In this document: positions 31,179 to 40,409 of the stretch, in pieces
How positions within the stretch are numbered: the stretch's first letter is position 1
Layout: each line of letters opens with the position of its first letter
Source of the DNA: an uncultured Gammaproteobacteria bacterium
Lineage (GTDB): Bacteria > Pseudomonadota > Gammaproteobacteria > UBA4575
DNA length: 59,047 bases
Reading direction: 5' to 3'
Assembly (NCBI GenBank): GCA_905479295.1
Contig: CAJQLY010000022.1
Coordinates: 1-59,047, forward strand
Program-made: the position numbers and the translations under genes
The notes under the pieces: model-generated
The model's database searches: none
Told to the model about the DNA's origin: nothing
Seen by the model: only the letters and a program-made list of their open reading frames with translations

Positions 31179-32022
31179 GCTCAGCTCCTTCATCTGACTG
31201 ACGAATTGCAGGTTTCACGTAGATAGGTGCATAAATATCAGATTGTACAATCTCAATGACCTGATTCTTAAGTAATTCGAGGATTGCAATAAAACTAACA
31301 ATGACGCCGGCTCGTCCTTCTTCGACTGAAAACAAACTAACGAACTCAACAAACTCATCTACTGATAAGCGGCTCAACACTTCAGTCATACGCTCACGGA
31401 TAGATAAGGTTTCACGTTTAACTGAATGTGCAATCTGCATATCTGCACGGCGCAAAACTTCCTGTAGCGCAAAGGCTAAATCCTTAACATCAACTACTGG
31501 TAACTTCTCTTCACTGACAATCTCCACCTGATGGATATTAATCTCTTCAAAGTCTCGCTCTGAACGAGGCAAGCTATCAACATCTTCAGCTGCTTTTTTA
31601 TAGCGCTCATATTCTTGCAAACGTCGAATCAGTTGTGCTCGTGGATCTTCTTCATCAGTATCTTCTACTGGCCGTGGCAGCAACATACGTGATTTAATTT
31701 CAGCCAACATAGATGCCATAACCAAGTACTCAGCAGCTAATTCCAAGCGCATGTCTTCCATCAAACTAATGTAGTCCATGTACTGCTGAGTGATTTTTAG
31801 TACAGGCAGAGTCAGGATATCTAAATTCTGTCGCTTAATAAGATAAAGCAATAAATCTAACGGTCCTTCAAAGGCATCAAGAAAGACCTCTAATGCATCA
31901 GGTGGAATATAGAGATCCTGCGGGGGCACACTAACGCGTTCACCATGCACAATTGCAAATGGCATTTCATCTTGTGTGGCTTGAGTCTCCTCAGCCCCTG
32001 GATTGACTACATCTTCTGTCAT
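31168..32022 (-). CDS. scpA: Segregation/condensation protein A
   Basis: FEGPLDLLLYLI, EIKSRMLLP and FIAILEL. Confidence 0.95.
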   Translation of the reverse strand: MTEDVVNPGAEETQATQDEMPFAIVHGERVSVPPQDLYIPPDALEVFLDAFEGPLDLLLYLIKRQNLDILTLPVLKITQQYMDYISLMEDMRLELAAEYLVMASMLAEIKSRMLLPRPVEDTDEEDPRAQLIRRLQEYERYKKAAEDVDSLPRSERDFEEINIHQVEIVSEEKLPVVDVKDLAFALQEVLRRADMQIAHSVKRETLSIRERMTEVLSRLSVDEFVEFVSLFSVEEGRAGVIVSFIAILELLKNQVIEIVQSDIYAPIYVKPAIRQSDEGAEHGQ

Positions 32023-32024
32023 AG

Positions 32025-33242
32025 TTACCGGTAAACTAGGCCCATTGCCTTGCGAACATCTTCCATCGTATCACGAGCGATATCACGCGCTTGCTCGCAA
32101 CCATCATGAATAATACTTTGCACCGTCTTCATATCACGCTCGTATTCACGAGCACGCTCTTGAATCGGTTGTAGTTCTTTTTGTACTGCCTCAATCACTG
32201 GCTGCTTACATTCAACACAACCTATGCCTGCACTAACACAACCTGCTTGCACCCAGTCTTTTACATCACTAGGAGAATAGATTTCATGTAACTGCCAGAC
32301 TGGACATTTTTCTGGCGTACCTGGATCAGTTCGCCGAACACGCGCCGGATCTGTTGGCATCGTTCTAAGCTTCTTTTCAACGTCTTTAGGGTCATCGCGC
32401 AACGCAATCGTGTTGCCATACGACTTAGACATTTTCTGTCCATCCAGACCAGGCATTTTTGATGCTTTTGTTAATAAGGCTTTAGGTTCTGGCAAGATAA
32501 TCTTGCCACCACCTTCAAGATAACCATATAACCGCTCACGATCACCGATCGAAATATTTTGCTGCGAATCCAACAAGGCTTGCGCCACACTGAGTGATTC
32601 TTCATCACCTTGCTCAAGGTATTCCTTACGCAGTTTTTTATACATCTTCGCGCTTTTCTTACCCATCAAGGAAATCGCATTTTCTGCTTTTTCTTCAAAG
32701 CCTGATTCTTTACCGTAGAGGTGATTGAAGCGTCTAGCCACCTCACGCGTCAACTCGACATGTGCTACCTGATCTTCACCTACAGGAACATTGGCTGCGC
32801 GATAAACCAGAATATCAGCCGCCTGCAATAAGGGATAACCTAAGAATCCATAGGTTGCGAGATCCCTTTCCTTTAGTTTTTCTTGCTGATCTTTGTAGCT
32901 TGGAACACGCTCCAACCAACCCAGTGGTGTACTCATGGAGAGCAGAAGATGTAGTTCAGCATGCTCAGGTACCCGTGACTGAATAAACAAAGTAGCAGTA
33001 CCAGGACTAACCCCAGCCGCTAGCCAATCAATCACCATATCAGTGACATGCGGCGCAATTCCCTCACTACGATCATATTCAGTCGTCAATGCATGCCAAT
33101 CAGCAACAAAGAAATAACACTCGTGCGTGTGTTGCAGGTCGATCCAGTTTTTTAAGACGCCATGGTAATGGCCGAGGTGTAATTTCCCAGTAGGTCGCAT
33201 ACCTGATAGCACGCGCTGGTTTTGATCTGATGTACTTGCCAC
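32025..33242 (-). CDS. trpS: Tryptophan-tRNA ligase
   Basis: SGMRPTGKLHLGH, YPLLQAADI, VPVGEDQ and KMSKS. Confidence 0.96.
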   Translation of the reverse strand: MASTSDQNQRVLSGMRPTGKLHLGHYHGVLKNWIDLQHTHECYFFVADWHALTTEYDRSEGIAPHVTDMVIDWLAAGVSPGTATLFIQSRVPEHAELHLLLSMSTPLGWLERVPSYKDQQEKLKERDLATYGFLGYPLLQAADILVYRAANVPVGEDQVAHVELTREVARRFNHLYGKESGFEEKAENAISLMGKKSAKMYKKLRKEYLEQGDEESLSVAQALLDSQQNISIGDRERLYGYLEGGGKIILPEPKALLTKASKMPGLDGQKMSKSYGNTIALRDDPKDVEKKLRTMPTDPARVRRTDPGTPEKCPVWQLHEIYSPSDVKDWVQAGCVSAGIGCVECKQPVIEAVQKELQPIQERAREYERDMKTVQSIIHDGCEQARDIARDTMEDVRKAMGLVYR

Positions 33243-33395
33243 GTTAGTAGAGAGCTTATCCTGTTGGTTTTATGATTACGGTATTGCAAAAATTCAATCT
33301 AGATCATACCACTGACACTAGCAAACTGGCATGCTTACTTAGCCTATCCGCAATATGGTCTTAATCGCTTTTTCATCACCATATGGCACGAAATT

Positions 33396-34010
33396 TCACT
33401 GTGGAAAAGACTTTTTACCCTTGCGTAAGATCTGAAACCCTTCATCGGCCAAATCAACCATGGTAGTAGCCTCAGTGCCGCAATAACCACCATCGATAAT
33501 CAAGTCAACCAAATGTCCTAAACGCTCGCCTATTTCATCGATATCTGAGAGTGGCATTTCATCATTCGGCAGTAATAACGTGCTGGAGATCAATGGTTGA
33601 TCCAATTCTTCCAATAGGGCTTGAGCAACTGCATGCTCAGGAATACGCAAGCCTATTGTACGGCGCTTAGGTTGCTGCATACGCTTTGGCACTTCACGTG
33701 TTGCCTTTAAGACGAAGGTATAGGGACCTGGAGTATGGCTCTTGAGCAGACGAAAACTGGCGTTATCAACGACCGAGTACTGTCCTAGCTCAGATAGATC
33801 ACGACAAACCAAGGTGAAGTTATGCTTATCATCCACTTGCCGTATCTGCCGAATGCGTTCCACAGCCTTTACGTTGCCAAGGCTACAACCTAGTGCATAG
33901 CAGGAATCAGTCGGATAGACGACCAAACCACCAGACGTAATAATATTCACTGCTTTAGTTATCAACCGTGGTTGCGGATTGTCGGGGTGGATCTGCAAGA
34001 ATTCGCTCAT
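33396..34010 (-). CDS. yciO: Sua5/YciO/YrdC family protein
   Basis: IHPDNPQPRLI, YPTDSCY, PGPYTF and IGLRIP. Confidence 0.9.
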   Translation of the reverse strand: MSEFLQIHPDNPQPRLITKAVNIITSGGLVVYPTDSCYALGCSLGNVKAVERIRQIRQVDDKHNFTLVCRDLSELGQYSVVDNASFRLLKSHTPGPYTFVLKATREVPKRMQQPKRRTIGLRIPEHAVAQALLEELDQPLISSTLLLPNDEMPLSDIDEIGERLGHLVDLIIDGGYCGTEATTMVDLADEGFQILRKGKKSFPQ

Positions 34011-34147
34011 TACACTAGTTTACGCACTTATCTCAGAGAAAACAGGGCGCTCTGCTAGAGCTTATGCGACGGCTGTTGTAAGCTAAAAGATCGCCACACT
34101 GATTAATTACAAAGTGTCTTTCCAGGCCCATCTATCAAGGTTTCAGG

Positions 34148-34765
34148 ATGAAATTTTTAGTTGAATTCTTTCCTGTAGTGCTGTTTTTTATAGCCTACTT
34201 TTTCTACCAACATATTCCAGCCATGTGGATCGAGTTGATCAGTGCCGCTGGCTTGCCAAGCTTTAATCCTGCAGAACCATCTGATGCCATTTATTTTGCT
34301 ACATTCATCGCCATTATTGCCTCTGGCCTAGTTGCAGCATTACACCTAGTTCAGCAGCGTGAGTTGAGTAAAGGAAAAACAATCACCTTCATCATGTTTC
34401 TAATTTTTGGTGGTGCAACTCTATTTTTTCGTGACCCCACTTTTATTAAATGGAAACCAACCATTATTAATTTGGTCTTTGCAGCAGTCTTTACTGCCAG
34501 CTTTTTTATTGGCAAAAAAACCATTATTGAACGTATGATGGGCGCCTCAGTAGAAGCACCTAGGCATATTTGGAATAGGTTAAATCTAGCTTGGATTATA
34601 TTTTTTATTAGCCTTGCTGCACTCAACTTATATGTGGCTAGTGCATACAGCGAATCAGCATGGGTCAACTTTAAAACCTTTGGCGTACTCGGCCTCACAT
34701 TAGGCTTCTTGATTTTACAGATGGTCTTAATTAGCCGATTCGTTGTTATCAAATCAGGAGATTAA
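34148..34765 (+). CDS. yciB: Intracellular septation protein A / YciB
   Basis: [15 protein letters not shown] and WVNFKTFG; multi-TM. Confidence 0.92.
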   Translation: MKFLVEFFPVVLFFIAYFFYQHIPAMWIELISAAGLPSFNPAEPSDAIYFATFIAIIASGLVAALHLVQQRELSKGKTITFIMFLIFGGATLFFRDPTFIKWKPTIINLVFAAVFTASFFIGKKTIIERMMGASVEAPRHIWNRLNLAWIIFFISLAALNLYVASAYSESAWVNFKTFGVLGLTLGFLILQMVLISRFVVIKSGD

Positions 34766-34766
34766 A

Positions 34767-35066
34767 ATGTTTTATGCAATCATCAGTGAAGATGTAGAAA
34801 ATAGCTTAGACCAACGCATGGCAGCACGCCCACGTCATGTCGACCGCCTGCTTGCCTTGAAAGATAGCGGTAAGTTATTAATCGCTGGCCCACACCCAGC
34901 CATTGACAGTGAAGACGCTGGTAATGCCGGCTTTACAGGTAGTTTGGTAGTGGCAGAATTTGCATCACTTGAAGAGGCGCAAGCTTGGGCGGATGATGAC
35001 CCTTATATTGAAGCTGGCGTCTACGCAAAAGTTATTGTTAAACCGTTCAAAAAAGTCCTGCCGTAA
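34767..35066 (+). CDS. yciI: YciI family protein
   Basis: [18 protein letters not shown] and DDPY; AGGAG RBS. Confidence 0.92.
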   Translation: MFYAIISEDVENSLDQRMAARPRHVDRLLALKDSGKLLIAGPHPAIDSEDAGNAGFTGSLVVAEFASLEEAQAWADDDPYIEAGVYAKVIVKPFKKVLP

Positions 35067-35094
35067 GGCCACAATCCACATTGGAATCAACACC

Positions 35095-35886
35095 ATGATG
35101 AAATATGCCCTCACACTCTTTTTAGCTATCAGCCTTAGTGCATGTAACCCCAAAGAAGCGGATACCAGCGTCGCCGACGATCAGATAGCAGCCAGCGTTA
35201 ATACCGCTATCATTAGTCATGACGATGTTAAAAACTATAAAGCCGCTAAAAACATGCCACAAGCTACTGATGCGCAGGTCCTTGAGGAGCTTATTGCGAC
35301 CGAGTTATTACGTCAGGCTGCAAATGATTCTAAATTATTAGAACGTGACGATATTCGCTATCAACTACGCCTTCAAGAATCTGAGTTTATGGCTAGGGCC
35401 TTTATGCGAAATAAATTCAGTCAAATGACTTTCACTGAAGAACAACTGCGTGAAGAATATGAGCTCGGTGGCCAAGACAAGAGCAAAATTGAATACAAAG
35501 CACGCCATATCCTAGTCAAAACCCCAGACGAAGCACGCGCTATTATTGATGCCTTACGAGCAGGCGGTGATTTTGTAAGCCTAGCAAAAGAGCGTTCAAC
35601 TGGGCCTTCTTCTGTTAATGGTGGTGACTTAGGTTGGTTCCAGGCAGCCAATATGGTGCCGGAATTCTCCAGCGCACTGCAAACCATGTCTGCGGGCGAT
35701 ATCTCGGTAAACCCAGTACAGACCCAATTCGGCTGGCATATCATCAAATTAGAAGACATCCGTGAACCAGCAAAACCTGAGTTTGAAAATGTCCGCAGTC
35801 AAATCCAACAGTCCCTTTTAAGCAAGGCAATCAATGACTATATGGAAGGCTTACGTCAAAATGCGGATATAGAAATCCGCAATTAG
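35095..35886 (+). CDS. PpiC/parvulin-type peptidyl-prolyl isomerase lipoprotein
   Basis: Lipobox LSAC, ARHILV, GGDLGWF, MVPEF and TQFGWHIIK. Confidence 0.9.
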   Translation: MMKYALTLFLAISLSACNPKEADTSVADDQIAASVNTAIISHDDVKNYKAAKNMPQATDAQVLEELIATELLRQAANDSKLLERDDIRYQLRLQESEFMARAFMRNKFSQMTFTEEQLREEYELGGQDKSKIEYKARHILVKTPDEARAIIDALRAGGDFVSLAKERSTGPSSVNGGDLGWFQAANMVPEFSSALQTMSAGDISVNPVQTQFGWHIIKLEDIREPAKPEFENVRSQIQQSLLSKAINDYMEGLRQNADIEIRN

Positions 35887-35995
35887 TTGCATAGATAGGA
35901 TAATTGCACAAGAATGAGCATATCGCTCTGCTGGTAGTACAGACAGCTGCAGCACCTAAACAACAACTATAATTATAAAATCGGAGAGTAGTTAC

Positions 35996-36154
35996 ATGAG
36001 TGGATCAAATGGAACAATGCCTGAATGCTCGGTTTTACGCCGACATTGGCAATCAACACAAGACATGAAGAACGCTACACCTTCTTCTGCCAGCTCAGCT
36101 AGCAACACATCTAGCGGCGGAATTTTTGGCTGGTTAAAATCACTATTTAGTTAA
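35996..36154 (+). CDS. Small protein (52 aa) with C-terminal amphipathic helix; not in the ORF track
   Basis: GGAGAG RBS; MSGSNGTMPECSVLRRHWQSTQDMKNATPSSASSASNTSSGGIFGWLKSLFS*; hairpins follow the stop. Confidence 0.7.
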   Translation: MSGSNGTMPECSVLRRHWQSTQDMKNATPSSASSASNTSSGGIFGWLKSLFS

Positions 36155-36210
36155 ACATTAACTAAATAGTAAACCCGCGCTGGATATCTGATTCAACGCG
36201 GGTCTTTATT
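36142..36210 (+). terminator. Tandem hairpins after the small gene
   Basis: Perfect 13-bp inverted repeat ACTATTTAGTTAA-ACA-TTAACTAAATAGT, then ACCCGCG...CGCGGGT-CTTTATT. Confidence 0.6.
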
Positions 36211-36253
36211 ACAGCTCATCACATTAGTGATCGACATCTATCCCGCTTAATCT

Positions 36254-37051
36254 CTAACCCTGTACGACCTGCTTTAGAAAACCATAGAGTAATCGGCCGT
36301 TCACATCCTGTAATATCACCGGCTTAGCATCTGCTAACCGAGACTGAATCATCACACCATTCGATTGTGGCGTAAGTGAAAAGATATGCTCAAATTTAAT
36401 ATCTATGCTGTGCTGCTTCTCACCTCGTAGGTAGAGGCATTGATTGCTCACCCACAGTTCTATTGTTGCCTGCTGTTTTGCCTGCACCGCAGAATGCGTC
36501 CTATTTCCTAGCAAACCACGAAACAACTGTCGCGCGAGCGACCATTGTGCACTTTGCTCCTGTGTATGTAGCAACGAAGTCTGTGGGAAGTAATATAAGA
36601 GCTCTTCACCTTCAGCCAACTCTTCAGTAAACCGATCAGCGGGGATATTTAGTGCAGGTATCTGGTCTTGACTGAGGCTCTTCAAGCCTAGCAAAGCAGT
36701 CTGCTGAGAGACAAAATTGGGTGTCAGAAATAATTTATCTGGCAAGGCCAATACCAGTAGCAAATCAGACCAAGCCTGCAAAAGAGAGCTTGGGCTATCA
36801 CTACTGAGCTGTTGCTCAGCATATTTTTCCAATGCTCGCACCAAGGCTCTTTTTGCAGGCTCAACAAGGAAGTTATGTCGCAGCAAGGACTGCTGTAAGA
36901 CAGAGGCTAAATCATCTGATGACTGGCGCTCAATCTGATCACTAAGGGTTTTATAGAGTTGCTCGCTCAGCGCCTGATGTTCAGCATAACAAGCTTTATG
37001 TAACCTATAAAAAAGGCCGGCGGAACGACCACAAAGGACACAACGTGCCAC
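36254..37051 (-). CDS. Hypothetical protein (N-terminal CxxC...HxxC, possible C-terminal PH-like domain)
   Basis: 265-aa ORF beginning MARCVLCGRSAGLFYRLHKAC. Confidence 0.65.
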   Translation of the reverse strand: MARCVLCGRSAGLFYRLHKACYAEHQALSEQLYKTLSDQIERQSSDDLASVLQQSLLRHNFLVEPAKRALVRALEKYAEQQLSSDSPSSLLQAWSDLLLVLALPDKLFLTPNFVSQQTALLGLKSLSQDQIPALNIPADRFTEELAEGEELLYYFPQTSLLHTQEQSAQWSLARQLFRGLLGNRTHSAVQAKQQATIELWVSNQCLYLRGEKQHSIDIKFEHIFSLTPQSNGVMIQSRLADAKPVILQDVNGRLLYGFLKQVVQG

Positions 37052-37092
37052 TCTAGATCACCCCTTCCGGCCTCGTTGTATCCTTTATAGGA

Positions 37093-37845
37093 TCAATCCA
37101 GCTGCTGGTATAAATCGTCATCAACCGGTGGTGTTCCATCATGTATCAAAAAATTACGGCGATCGAGATAAGCCTCACGAATGAATGCATACTTGTCAGT
37201 AGAGATCTCTTCTACAGTTTCTTCTATCGCCAATAGCTCAGCACGCAAACTAACCTTGTCGACTGCAATCACAGCTAGACGCTGATTAGTTGAAAGCTCA
37301 ATATGAGTCATAGGATCTAATAGCCACTGATCGACCGGAATAGATGGCGTATCACGCATAGTAGATGGACCAAAGAATGGTAGTACAACATACGGCCCTT
37401 CATTTACACCCCAAACTGCCAGGGTTTGACCAAAGTCTTCGTTATGCTTACGCATACCCCATGAGCTAGCCACATCAAAGAAACCAAGAATACCAGCCGT
37501 ACTATTCACAAGAACGCGACCAAAATCAGAGAATGCATCAGCAATCTTACCTTGCAATAGATTGTTCACACCGATGCTGACATCGTCTAAGTTAGCAAAG
37601 AAATTACTAATTCCACTCTGCATCGGGCTCGGTGTAATCGCCTGATAACCCTTAGCCACTGGCTTTAAAATAGCCTGGTCTAGGGTGTCGTTAAAGCTAT
37701 ACATAGACCGATTAAAACCCTGCCATGGATCTCGCTCATTTTCGGCATACTGAGTACTCGCACAGCCGCCTAACACTAGCAATACGCCAGTCAGCGATAC
37801 GATTTTCATTTTTTGTTGCAGCCAAATCAGCATTTTATTCTCCAT
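37093..37845 (-). CDS. mlaA: VacJ/MlaA lipoprotein
   Basis: LGGCAS lipobox, DPWQGFNR, EDFGQTL and GPYVVLPFFGPST. Confidence 0.94.
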   Translation of the reverse strand: MENKMLIWLQQKMKIVSLTGVLLVLGGCASTQYAENERDPWQGFNRSMYSFNDTLDQAILKPVAKGYQAITPSPMQSGISNFFANLDDVSIGVNNLLQGKIADAFSDFGRVLVNSTAGILGFFDVASSWGMRKHNEDFGQTLAVWGVNEGPYVVLPFFGPSTMRDTPSIPVDQWLLDPMTHIELSTNQRLAVIAVDKVSLRAELLAIEETVEEISTDKYAFIREAYLDRRNFLIHDGTPPVDDDLYQQLD

Positions 37846-37897
37846 TTCAACTCAGTTGATAACATCCCTTTCAATAAATTAGGGTATCTATCGCTGT

Positions 37898-39115
37898 TTA
37901 CTTTTTAGTTCCAGCCTGAGCGCCAATTCTTAATCGTAGGGCATTTAACTTAATAAAGCCTTCGGCATCCTTTTGGTCATAAGCGCCACCATCATCCTCA
38001 AAAGTAGCAATCGCTTCATTGAAGAGGCTATGCTCGGATGAGCGGCGTCCAGCCACGTGTATATTACCCTTGAATAGGCACAAGCGCACCTCTCCAGTGA
38101 CATTTTTCTGCGTCTCATCGATCAATTTTTGGAGCGCCAAACGCTCTGGACTCCACCAATAGCCGTTATAGATCAGACTGGCATATTTTGGCATTAGCTC
38201 GTCTTTTAGATGGGCTAATTCACGGTCCAAGGTCAATGATTCCACCGCGCGATGGGCCTTCAATAAGATACTGCCACCCGGTGTCTCGTAACAGCCACGA
38301 GATTTCATACCGACATAACGGTTTTCAACGATATCTAATCGGCCAATACCATGGCGAGAACCGCGTTTGTTCAGCTCGGCAAGCATTTCCGCAGGCGATA
38401 GAGGTTCTCCATCAAGCGTTGCCGCATCACCCTGCTCAAAGCCAAGTACGATATATTCCGGCTCATCCGGGCCATCTGCTGGCGCTACGGTCCAACGCCA
38501 CATATCCGTCTCTGCTTCTGTCCACGGATCTTCTAATGGACCGCCTTCATAAGAGATATGTAATAGATTCGCATCCATAGAATAAGGTGATCCACCCTTA
38601 CGCTTTTGTTCTACTGGAACGCCCTGCTCAGCGGCATAGGCGAGCAAGGTTTCGCGCGAGTTAAGATCCCATTCACGCCATGGCGCAATAATTTTAATGT
38701 CCGGATTAAGGGCATAAGCCCCCAGTTCGAAACGCACCTGATCGTTACCTTTACCCGTTGCACCATGCGATACCGCATCTGCACCAGTCTCAGCTGCAAT
38801 CTCGATGAGACGCTTGGCAATCAATGGCCTAGCGATCGACGTACCGAGTAAGTACTCACCTTCATAGATGGTGTTTGCGCGAAACATTGGGTAAACATAG
38901 TCGCGTACAAATTCTTCGCGTAGGTCTTCAATGTAAATTTCTTTTACGCCTAAGGTCTGAGCTTTTGCTCTTGCCGGCTCAACTTCTTCACCCTGTCCAA
39001 TGTCGGCGGTAAACGTGACCACCTCACATTGATATTGATCTTCTAACCAGCGCAAGATCACGGAGGTATCTAAGCCTCCAGAATAGGCTAAGACTACTTT
39101 TCGAATGTCTGTCAT
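37898..39115 (-). CDS. argG: Argininosuccinate synthase
   Basis: [24 protein letters not shown] and [11 protein letters not shown]. Confidence 0.98.
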   Translation of the reverse strand: MTDIRKVVLAYSGGLDTSVILRWLEDQYQCEVVTFTADIGQGEEVEPARAKAQTLGVKEIYIEDLREEFVRDYVYPMFRANTIYEGEYLLGTSIARPLIAKRLIEIAAETGADAVSHGATGKGNDQVRFELGAYALNPDIKIIAPWREWDLNSRETLLAYAAEQGVPVEQKRKGGSPYSMDANLLHISYEGGPLEDPWTEAETDMWRWTVAPADGPDEPEYIVLGFEQGDAATLDGEPLSPAEMLAELNKRGSRHGIGRLDIVENRYVGMKSRGCYETPGGSILLKAHRAVESLTLDRELAHLKDELMPKYASLIYNGYWWSPERLALQKLIDETQKNVTGEVRLCLFKGNIHVAGRRSSEHSLFNEAIATFEDDGGAYDQKDAEGFIKLNALRLRIGAQAGTKK

Positions 39116-39210
39116 AATAGTTACTACGGTTGTGTCTGCGGAAGGTGGTTGATTATATCCAACCCGCCAACGATTAGCCTAATTCTATTCACGTTAGCTC
39201 GGAAAAAAAC

Positions 39211-39891
39211 ATGTCGACAGTACGCACCAGACTCAACGATGAAGTTGATTTTGTCCCAATGGGCGCCCGCTTTCGCGGCTTTTGCCCGATCGTTGTCGAC
39301 GTTGAGACGGGAGGGTTTAATGTAGAAACCGACGCATTACTCGAGGTGGCAGCGATCATCTTAGGCTATGACGAACGCGGTGAACTCTACTGTAAAGACT
39401 CATACACCGTCCATATCGAGCCATTTGAAGGTTCAAACTTGGAACCAGCCTCATTAGAGGTAAATGGTATCGACCCCTTCCACCCTCTACGTATTGCGTC
39501 ACCTGAAAAAGAAGCCTTAGCAACTATTTTCAAGGCTTCAAATGCAGCGGTCAAAGAGAACCAATGCAAGCGAGCAATCTTAGTCGGCCATAACGCCCCG
39601 TTCGACTTAAACTTTATTAACGCCGCTGCTAGCCGTGCCAAAGTGAAAAACAATCCGTTTCACCCATTCAGCACATTCGACACCGTAACCCTAGGTGCGA
39701 TGGCTTATAGCCAAACCGTATTGTCTAAAATTGCAAAAGCAGCCAGCCTAAACTGGGATAACGAAAAAGCCCATACTGCGTTATATGATGCGCACATGAC
39801 GGCTGAAATATTCTGCAAAATCATGAATATGTGGAACCGCCGTGCTGATCTGATCATGCCATTTAATGACCCATCCGAGGTCACGACATAA
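39211..39891 (+). CDS. rnt: Ribonuclease T
   Basis: RFRGF, VVDVETGGF, NPFHPFS and HTALYD. Confidence 0.95.
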   Translation: MSTVRTRLNDEVDFVPMGARFRGFCPIVVDVETGGFNVETDALLEVAAIILGYDERGELYCKDSYTVHIEPFEGSNLEPASLEVNGIDPFHPLRIASPEKEALATIFKASNAAVKENQCKRAILVGHNAPFDLNFINAAASRAKVKNNPFHPFSTFDTVTLGAMAYSQTVLSKIAKAASLNWDNEKAHTALYDAHMTAEIFCKIMNMWNRRADLIMPFNDPSEVTT

Positions 39892-39954
39892 GGCAGTTCA
39901 ATCAGCCCATCCGTGAATATCAATCCACTTGGATGGGTCTACAAAACCAGTTAT

Positions 39955-40269
39955 TTAAGCACTAGCCTCGTCGATCATCTTCTGCAATTCACCACGCTCA
40001 GCCATCTCAAGCGTAATGTCACAACCACCGACTAACTCGCCCTTAATGTATACCTGAGGGAATGTTGGCCAATCAGCATAACGTGGCAGATTCTGGAAGA
40101 TCTCTGGATCAAGCAGGACATTAACGTAAGCAAACTCTTTACCACAGGCTTTCAAGGCCTCGGCAGTACGCATAGAAAAGCCACACTGTGGCATCTGCGG
40201 GGTACCCTTCATATAAACAACAACGGCATTTGACTCAACTTGCTCCCGAATACGGTCTAATACATCCAT
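39955..40269 (-). CDS. grxD: Monothiol glutaredoxin Grx4
   Basis: MKGTP..PQCGFS, WPTFPQ and GGCDI. Confidence 0.96.
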   Translation of the reverse strand: MDVLDRIREQVESNAVVVYMKGTPQMPQCGFSMRTAEALKACGKEFAYVNVLLDPEIFQNLPRYADWPTFPQVYIKGELVGGCDITLEMAERGELQKMIDEASA

Positions 40270-40409
40270 TTCTAAATCTCCTGAGAATAACGCACTTTTA
40301 ATTAATTTCTGCAGTGTAGCCAGCACAGACCCAGTGAGAAACTAGCCAGCTTAGGTAGCCAGCCGCCTATTTCACTTAAATCTTGATGGCGCACATCATA
40401 CCTAGTGCA

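Noticed and set aside
40361-40370. Minus-strand ATAGGCGGCT, resembling the 3' half of an I-F repeat
   Set aside because: No 5' half, no second copy, and 12 kb from cas1.
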